Below are positions 57,343 through 64,000 of a stretch of DNA of 64,000 nucleotides, piece after piece (within the stretch, counting starts at the first letter, position 1; every line of letters starts with the position of its first letter). The notes beneath the pieces were generated by a model. The model did not search any database. It worked only from the letters and a program-made list of their open reading frames with translations, and was not told where the DNA came from. The DNA is taken from positions 832,001 to 896,000 of the forward strand of contig JBEPZY010000001.1 in NCBI GenBank assembly GCA_041640595.1, given 5' to 3'. The position numbers and the translations under genes were made by a program. This DNA comes from Gemmatales bacterium (lineage in GTDB: Bacteria; Planctomycetota; Planctomycetia; Gemmatales; HRBIN36).

Positions 57343-60300
57343 ATGGACAAGCCATTCGTCCATTTGCACTGCCATAGCCACTATAGTTTGCTCGATGGCG
57401 CTAGCCGGATTCCAGAACTGGTCGCCCGGGTCCGCGATCTGGGAATGCCGGCTATTGCCCTTACCGACCACGGCAATCTCTACGGAGCCATCGAGTTCTA
57501 CCAGCATTGCGTCGCTAATGGCATCAAACCCATTATCGGTTACGAAGCTTACGTGGCACCGGGTAGCCGACACGACCACGACACGCGCGGCATGAGTGAA
57601 GCGGCGTATCATCTGACCTTGCTGGCCTATAACGAGCAAGGCTTTCGCAATCTTATTCGGCTTTCTTCACTGGCTTTCCTGGAAGGCTTTTACTATCGCC
57701 CGCGTATAGATAAAGAACTCCTTGAACGCTATAATCAAGGCTTGATTTGTCTGAGCGGATGTGCTTCCAGCGAATTTAGCACCTTGATTTTACAAGATCG
57801 CTTAGAGGAAGCAATTGAACTGGCACGCTGGTTTGCTAATCTATTTGGCCCTGACCGTTTTTACGTCGAAATCCAGAATAACGGTTTGGACATCCAGCGG
57901 CGGTGCTTAGAAGGTGCCGTGTATGTAGCAGAGCGGCTCGGCCTACCGCTCGTTGCAACGGCGGACGCCCACTATCTTACTCAAGCAGATGCCGAGGCCC
58001 ACGATATTCTTTTGTGTATCAATACCGGCAAACAACGCCACGAAGCTAATCGGCTTCGCTATGGGAGTGACCTGTTCTATGTTCGGGCACCGAACGAAAT
58101 GTATGAGGCCTTTCCTGATTTCCCGGATGCCGTGGCTCGCAGCAAGGAAATTGCTGACCGCTGCAACTTAGAGCTTGATTTCAAGAAACGCCACTATCCC
58201 GTTTTTCAACCACCCCCCGGCCTAACGCCCGAACAATATTTGCGTCAACTTTGCGAAGAGGGTTTGAAACTACGCTACGGTAATCCGCCGCCTTCAGAAG
58301 CTCGCAACCGTTTAGAACATGAACTGGAAATTATCTGTCGCTTAGGTTTTGCCGGTTATTTTCTTATCGTTCACGATTTCGTCCGCTTTGCCCGTGAGCA
58401 AGGTATTCCCTATGGTGCCCGAGGCTCAGCATGCGGGTCCCTTGTCAGCTATGTGCTGCAACTTAGTCACGTGGATCCGCTGGAGTACGATTTACTGTTT
58501 GAGCGTTTCCTAGACCCGAAACGTACCGAGGCACCTGACATAGATATTGACTTTTGTCAACTCCGCCGCGAGGAAGTGCTTGACTATGTTCGACAACGTT
58601 ATGGCCAGGAAAGCGTGGCTCAGATAGGCACGTTTGGAACACTTGCAGCGCGCGCTGCGGTTCGGGATGTCGGTCGCGCTCTCGGACTACCCCGTGCTCG
58701 CATTGACCAAATCGCTCGACTCATTCCCCGCACTCCCGGTGTCACCCTCGCTGAAGCACTGGAAACTAATTTCGATTTGCGCCACGAATACGAAACCGAT
58801 CCACAAATTCGTGAATGTATAAATATCGCCCTGAAACTGGAAGGCACGAATCGGACAGTTAGCACACACGCCGCCGGTGTGGTTATTGCTAACGGACCCT
58901 TGATTGACTATGTACCCGTTCAGCGCGTTGTTCCGCAACGCGCGGACTCGGGTGAGGACAGTGAATGGGATGAAGACAGCCAAAAAAACCGGCCGGCGGT
59001 GCGCGAAGGCGTCGTTACTACTCAGTGGACGATGGAAGATTTAGAAAAAGTTGGCATGCTGAAAATGGATTTCCTGGGCCTGCGCACCTTGACTCTACTC
59101 GACCAGGCCGTTCGTCTAATCAAGCAACACCATCAGATTGATATAGACCTGCATCGGCTTCCGCTGGACGATGCTAAAACTTATCAGATGCTACAACGCG
59201 GTGAATCCGTCGGTGTGTTCCAATTCGAGGGAGAAGGTATTCGCAACTTGCTGCAACGTCTCAAGCCAGATAATATCCGCGACCTTATCGCCTGCAATGC
59301 TCTTTACCGTCCTGGCCCTCTCGGTGGTGGTATGGTAGATGCTTATGTTAACCGCAAGCACGGTCTTGAAAAGCCAATCTATCAACACCCAGTTATGGAA
59401 GAAATTCTCGCGGAAACTTATGGCATCATGGTGTATCAAGAGCAGGTAATGCGCATCTTGAACAAACTGGGCGGCATTGATCTTTCCAGTGCCTATGCCT
59501 GCATCAAGGCGATCAGTAAGAAAAAACACGACGTTATAGCGCAGCGCAGGGAAGAATTCGTGGCCGGGGCGATAGCTCGAGGTGTTGACCCTCGTACTGC
59601 CGAGGAGATTTTCGACCAGATTGTTCACTTCGGTGGTTATGGATTCAATAAATCGCACGCCGCCGCATACGCACTCGTGGCTTATCAGACGGCCTACCTG
59701 AAGGCTCACTTCCCAACCGAATTTATGGCCGCGTTGTTAACCAGCGAAATCGGTAAGTCCGAAAAACTCGCCCAATACGTGGCTCATGCGCGCCAGATAA
59801 ACGTAGCGATCTTGCCACCCGATGTCAATCGGAGTGACGTAGAGTTTAGCGTGGAAAATGGCAAGGTTCGTTATGCTCTCGCAGCACTCAGAGGTGTGGG
59901 TTACAGTGCTGCTCGAGCTATTGTTGACGAAAGGAAACAGCGCGGGCCCTATCTAGACCTTTACGACTTATGCAGCCGCGTCGATCCGCGTATAGTCACC
60001 CGAAGCACGCTGGAAACGCTTATTAATGCCGGTGCCTTAGATGAGTTTGGCAAGCGACCTGCGCTATTAGCAGCACTTCCCGAAGCATTAGGTGCCGGGG
60101 CACGATTGCAAGAAGATCGCAAGATGGGTCAGCGCAGTTTTCTGGACAGCCTGGATACTAACGTTACTAATGTTCCTACCCGGCGGGTGCTCTCTCACGT
60201 GCAAGACTGGTCCTACGAAGAACGACTACGCCGGGAAAAAGAGGCGTTCGGATTCTATTTTTCAGTCCACCCGCTTGCGGGATGGATGGATCGCATTCGC

Positions 60301-60906
60301 TCACTGGCTCCAGCCACTATCAAGCAAGTGCTTGATCGGGCTGCGACTACGGATCCTTCACACGAAGTACTCCTGGGCGGAATGATTAGCGACGTCAGAA
60401 TCACACATGCTCGCAAAAGCCGGTCCGGCAATACCAAGATGGCCCGTTTCACCCTTAGTGACCTAGAGCAGAGCATCGAATGCCTGATTTTTCCTGACGA
60501 TTACCTTCGTTGCCAGGAATACATTGTTGAGGAAGCCGTCGTGTTTATACGAGGTACTTTAGATCGTACACGGGAATCGCCGGTGCTGATTGTAACCAAG
60601 GTACTCACCTATGAACAACTCGCGCGAGAAAGTACTCGAGCGGTCCTATTGAGATTATCACTTAGCCAACATTCACCGTATCTAATTGAAGAAATTCAGA
60701 ACATTCTGCAACGGAGTCCTGGCCGATGCCCAGTTTATATAGAAATCCGCGATCGATTAAATCGGCGTGCTTTGTTTGCCCTGGATAAGTCCCTGAGCGT
60801 GGATGTTCCCACCCTCGATTGCGAAGCTTTAGAACAACTGCTCGGCAAGGATGGCGTGTATTTCCAGCGGACTAATGGCCTGACGCAGGCGGGCCTTGTA
60901 CGATAG
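57343..60906 (+). CDS. dnaE: DNA polymerase III alpha subunit
   Basis: PHP motif HLHCHSHYSLLDG, then TDHGN, RGSACGSLV, PDIDIDF, KMDFLGL, GVFQFE, GYGFNKSH and an OB fold. Confidence 0.97.
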   Translation: MDKPFVHLHCHSHYSLLDGASRIPELVARVRDLGMPAIALTDHGNLYGAIEFYQHCVANGIKPIIGYEAYVAPGSRHDHDTRGMSEAAYHLTLLAYNEQGFRNLIRLSSLAFLEGFYYRPRIDKELLERYNQGLICLSGCASSEFSTLILQDRLEEAIELARWFANLFGPDRFYVEIQNNGLDIQRRCLEGAVYVAERLGLPLVATADAHYLTQADAEAHDILLCINTGKQRHEANRLRYGSDLFYVRAPNEMYEAFPDFPDAVARSKEIADRCNLELDFKKRHYPVFQPPPGLTPEQYLRQLCEEGLKLRYGNPPPSEARNRLEHELEIICRLGFAGYFLIVHDFVRFAREQGIPYGARGSACGSLVSYVLQLSHVDPLEYDLLFERFLDPKRTEAPDIDIDFCQLRREEVLDYVRQRYGQESVAQIGTFGTLAARAAVRDVGRALGLPRARIDQIARLIPRTPGVTLAEALETNFDLRHEYETDPQIRECINIALKLEGTNRTVSTHAAGVVIANGPLIDYVPVQRVVPQRADSGEDSEWDEDSQKNRPAVREGVVTTQWTMEDLEKVGMLKMDFLGLRTLTLLDQAVRLIKQHHQIDIDLHRLPLDDAKTYQMLQRGESVGVFQFEGEGIRNLLQRLKPDNIRDLIACNALYRPGPLGGGMVDAYVNRKHGLEKPIYQHPVMEEILAETYGIMVYQEQVMRILNKLGGIDLSSAYACIKAISKKKHDVIAQRREEFVAGAIARGVDPRTAEEIFDQIVHFGGYGFNKSHAAAYALVAYQTAYLKAHFPTEFMAALLTSEIGKSEKLAQYVAHARQINVAILPPDVNRSDVEFSVENGKVRYALAALRGVGYSAARAIVDERKQRGPYLDLYDLCSRVDPRIVTRSTLETLINAGALDEFGKRPALLAALPEALGAGARLQEDRKMGQRSFLDSLDTNVTNVPTRRVLSHVQDWSYEERLRREKEAFGFYFSVHPLAGWMDRIRSLAPATIKQVLDRAATTDPSHEVLLGGMISDVRITHARKSRSGNTKMARFTLSDLEQSIECLIFPDDYLRCQEYIVEEAVVFIRGTLDRTRESPVLIVTKVLTYEQLARESTRAVLLRLSLSQHSPYLIEEIQNILQRSPGRCPVYIEIRDRLNRRALFALDKSLSVDVPTLDCEALEQLLGKDGVYFQRTNGLTQAGLVR

Positions 60907-60938
60907 CCTGGTGCCCCAGGATTTATCAGGAGATAAAT

Positions 60939-61805
60939 ATGCGACTGGTAACTATGCAAACGTCGCAGGGATTGCGAGCCGGTTTATTGACAAACGGAAA
61001 ATATCTGGACATTTGTGCAACGCGACCGGATTTACCGCCGTCCGTTAGACAGCTGCTGGAAATGGGCGAGAGAGCACTCCTGGAATTGCGACAACTCCCG
61101 ACTTTGCCGAATGCGTTCTATTACGAGCCTGATCAAGTACGCTTGGCGGCACCAATCCCTGACCCGCCCAAGGTTATCTGTATAGGTCTAAACTATCGCG
61201 ATCATGCCGCAGAGAGTGGCGCACCTATTCCCGCCGAACCGGTACTCTTCAGCAAGTTTAGCAGTGCGATCATCGGCCCGGAAGAGCCTATCCGCCTGCC
61301 CCGCGTCAGCCATGAGGTAGATTATGAGGCGGAGCTAGTCGTAGTCATTGGTAAACGTGGGCGGTACATCGCGGAAGACCAGGCTCGGAATTACGTGGCC
61401 GGTTATACGATAGGGCATGACGTCTCTGCTCGGGATTGGCAGTTGCGCAAACCGGGCGGACAATGGCTAGCCGGTAAGACTTTCGATACGTTTGCTCCTA
61501 TCGGCCCTGCTCTGGTAACCGCTGACGAGATTCGTGATCCTCACCGGCTGAGTATTGAGTTGCGTCTCAACGGCCAAGTCATGCAGCGAAGCAATACCGA
61601 GCAGATGATTTTCACTGTGGATAAATTAGTCGCCTACATTTCCCAGGTGGTCACTCTACAACCCGGCGACCTCATTTTCACGGGCACGCCTCCGGGAGTC
61701 GGTTTTGCCAGAAAACCACCTGTCTTTCTCAAGCCCGGAGATATAGTGGAAATCGAAATTGAGAACTTAGGCATTCTTCGCAACCCCGTCACTGCTGAAG
61801 ATTGA
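60939..61805 (+). CDS. Fumarylacetoacetate hydrolase-family protein
   Basis: KVICIGLNYRDH, DYEAEL, DVSARD.Q, GKTFDTF and TGTP.GVG. Confidence 0.93.
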   Translation: MRLVTMQTSQGLRAGLLTNGKYLDICATRPDLPPSVRQLLEMGERALLELRQLPTLPNAFYYEPDQVRLAAPIPDPPKVICIGLNYRDHAAESGAPIPAEPVLFSKFSSAIIGPEEPIRLPRVSHEVDYEAELVVVIGKRGRYIAEDQARNYVAGYTIGHDVSARDWQLRKPGGQWLAGKTFDTFAPIGPALVTADEIRDPHRLSIELRLNGQVMQRSNTEQMIFTVDKLVAYISQVVTLQPGDLIFTGTPPGVGFARKPPVFLKPGDIVEIEIENLGILRNPVTAED

Positions 61806-61915
61806 TTGGGAACATGGCTCAATGATCCTGGAATGAGAATACGTAAATCCGCAAATGTTTATGAAATTTGCTTGATATTGCCAGCACTTAGGAGGCTGAT
61901 TGCGGAGGATTTCAC

Positions 61916-62941
61916 ATGGTGAAGATTGGGATTGTGGGCATCGGTTTCATGGGGATGATTCATTACCTGGCTGCACAGCGTTTGCAAAATGCTCAGGTCG
62001 CGGCCATCGTTAGCCGTGATCCTAAGAAAAGAGCTGGCGATTGGCGCGGCATTCGTGGCAATTTTGGACCGCCAGGTCAACTTATGGATTTGCGCGGAAT
62101 CAAGGCCTATACTACGTTGAGTGAACTATTAGCCGATCCGGAAATTGAGTTGGTGGATATTTGTTTACCGACACACCTTCATGCCCAAGCTAGCATAGAG
62201 GCACTAAAGTCCGGCAAGCATGTTATCGTAGAAAAGCCCATCGCCTTGAGTTTAGAGGATGCCGATCGTATGCTTGACGTTTGCCGGCAATCTGGCAAGT
62301 TCCTCATGGTAGCCCAGGTATTGCCTTTTGTGCCGGAATTTCATTATGCCTTGCAGTTGGCGCGATCAGGGCAAGCCGGCAAGCTGCTCGGCGGACATAT
62401 AGAGCGTATTATTAGTAAACCAGACTGGTCTGCAGAAATTGCCGATCCTGCAAAGACAGGCGGGCCGGCTATTGATTTGCACATCCATGACACCCATTAC
62501 ATTCTGCTGATGGCGGGCTTGCCGAGTGCTGTTTATGCTCGTGGCGTAGTAGAAAACGGAACAGTGGTGCACCTTACTTCGCAATATGTATATGACCGCG
62601 AAGGGCCCTCCTGTTTGAGCTGTTCGAGTGGTGCCTTGTGCCAGAAGGGACGGGAGTTTACGCACGGTTTCGAGCTTTATTTTGAAAAAGCCACGACTAG
62701 TTATCGGCTCGGTTCTCCCCTTACGGTGTACTGGGCGGACGGTCGCACGGAACAGCCGGCCTTGAGTGATGGCGGCGACCCTACAGCAGCATTTACCGCT
62801 GAATTGCAGGCAGCAGTGAACGCGGTAAGGACTGGTCACGAAGCTCCGGAGCTTAGTGGTCAGCAGGCGCGGGACGCGTTGATGATCTGCTATCGCGAAA
62901 TCGAGTCTGTTTTATCGAACAAAATCGTTGCCGTGCCTTGA
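61916..62941 (+). CDS. Gfo/Idh/MocA-family oxidoreductase
   Basis: IGIVGIGFMG, VDICLPT..H, GKHVIVEKP and GGPAIDLHIHD. Confidence 0.92.
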   Translation: MVKIGIVGIGFMGMIHYLAAQRLQNAQVAAIVSRDPKKRAGDWRGIRGNFGPPGQLMDLRGIKAYTTLSELLADPEIELVDICLPTHLHAQASIEALKSGKHVIVEKPIALSLEDADRMLDVCRQSGKFLMVAQVLPFVPEFHYALQLARSGQAGKLLGGHIERIISKPDWSAEIADPAKTGGPAIDLHIHDTHYILLMAGLPSAVYARGVVENGTVVHLTSQYVYDREGPSCLSCSSGALCQKGREFTHGFELYFEKATTSYRLGSPLTVYWADGRTEQPALSDGGDPTAAFTAELQAAVNAVRTGHEAPELSGQQARDALMICYREIESVLSNKIVAVP

Positions 62942-63143
62942 ATTGGCTCTGTTGTGCGGGCATAAAAGTCATTTGGCTAATTGATTGTCAGGCCATTGAA
63001 GCGGTTCGCTAAATCTAAGCCGCCGCCAGAAACGGTAGCTCCGTTTGCTTTTTTTGCGAGAGTAATTTATGTTTTCAGGAGAGAAATTGCGCAAAGCCCA
63101 ACGCGCTAAGGCGAGCGAACTTTGTAACTCCAAGACTGGCCTG

Positions 63144-64000
63144 ATGGACAAGGTAGCGCCGAATATGAGTGCCACTTTAGCTGTCGCCACGAACGAAAGT
63201 GTGCCGCTTGCCAATTACGATGACCTGTTGTGGAAATTCCGCGCGGTGTTCTGGGAAGCCGATCCGGTCACCTGGAAGTTTTATTATGTGAGCGAATATG
63301 CAGAGTTGCTGTTCGGTTATCCCCGGCGGCGCTGGCTGGAGGAAAAGGATTTTTGGGTTCGGGTTTTGCATCCGGAAGACCGAGAATACGCGGTGCATTA
63401 TTGCCGAGAGGCAACCAGCCAGGGTTGCGATCACTGCTTTGATTATCGTATTGTGGCTGCCGATGGCCGGGCCGTCTGGGTGCGGGACATTGTTCGCGTG
63501 GAATGCGACGGCTTCAGCAAGGTCCCAAGGCGTCTCTATGGCCTGTTTATTGACATTACCGAGCAAAAAGAACTGGAATTGCAACATCAGCGCGAACGGC
63601 TGAAACTTGAGTGCATTCTGGATCAGTTTCCCGGCGTCGTTTGGACAACAAATACGGAGTTACGCTTCACCTCCTCGCGGGGCAGATACTTAGCGAAGCT
63701 ACATTTGCAACCAGACCAGGTGGTTGGGCACACGCTATATGAGTACTTTGCCACCGCTGACGATGATTTTTTTCCAATTGCGATGCACCAGCGAGCGCTG
63801 AAGGGAGAAACCGTCTCGCACGACTTTTCCTGGCAAGGCCGCCTTTATCACGTTGTTTTACAACCGGAGCGAGAACGGGAGCAGATCGTGGGAGTATTAG
63901 GGTTCGCCCTGGACATAACCGAGCAGCATGCCGAAAGCCGGATGCTACGCGAAAAAATATCCGGGGAAAAACGGTTAACGATTCTCGTCAAGTGCTGCGA
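63144..64000 (+). CDS. PAS-domain sensor protein (3'-truncated by window edge)
   Basis: Own translation, absent from the ORF track: ...FYYVSEYAELLFGY...FWVRVLHPEDRE...YRIVAADGRAVWVRD...DITEQK, then a second PAS ending LDITEQ. Open to the window end. In-frame ATGs at 63069, 63144 and 63165. Confidence 0.88.
   Translation, partial: MDKVAPNMSATLAVATNESVPLANYDDLLWKFRAVFWEADPVTWKFYYVSEYAELLFGYPRRRWLEEKDFWVRVLHPEDREYAVHYCREATSQGCDHCFDYRIVAADGRAVWVRDIVRVECDGFSKVPRRLYGLFIDITEQKELELQHQRERLKLECILDQFPGVVWTTNTELRFTSSRGRYLAKLHLQPDQVVGHTLYEYFATADDDFFPIAMHQRALKGETVSHDFSWQGRLYHVVLQPEREREQIVGVLGFALDITEQHAESRMLREKISGEKRLTILVKCC

Noticed and set aside
57343..60906. Possible intein or split in dnaE
   Set aside because: Length (~1187 aa) and motif spacing are normal, with no C...HN/C splice-junction block.

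Overview
GC-rich bacterial chromosome segment, very probably from a planctomycete and possibly Gemmatales-like. This is inferred from the DUF1501 and DUF1549/DUF1553 cytochrome genes, PQQ-like propeller, signal-less BON protein, HEAT-repeat protein and Ser/Thr kinase. It holds about 42 supportable CDSs and one tRNA-Pro(CGG). Housekeeping genes are pdxA (5'-partial), eno, moeA, trpG, trpE, hppA, ribBA and dnaE. No transposase, integrase, phage gene, rRNA or CRISPR array was seen. Most notable: (1) an operon in which a P1B-type metal ATPase is fused to an HflK-like SPFH domain and followed by HflC- and HflK-like genes; (2) two tandem Uma2 nuclease genes, near-identical except for a ~50-bp variable block, inserted inside a DUF1553-DUF1501 pair; (3) several enzymes lacking canonical catalytic residues, including an adjacent C26 hydrolase-like and AnmK-like pair; (4) a GldAFG-DUF4340 ABC cluster divergent from an atypical kinase-receiver fusion; (5) a RoxA-like di-heme cytochrome; (6) a 47-aa sORF missed by the ORF track; and (7) a hairpin-dense 600-bp intergenic region. 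All family calls come from motif recognition by eye; no database searches were run.
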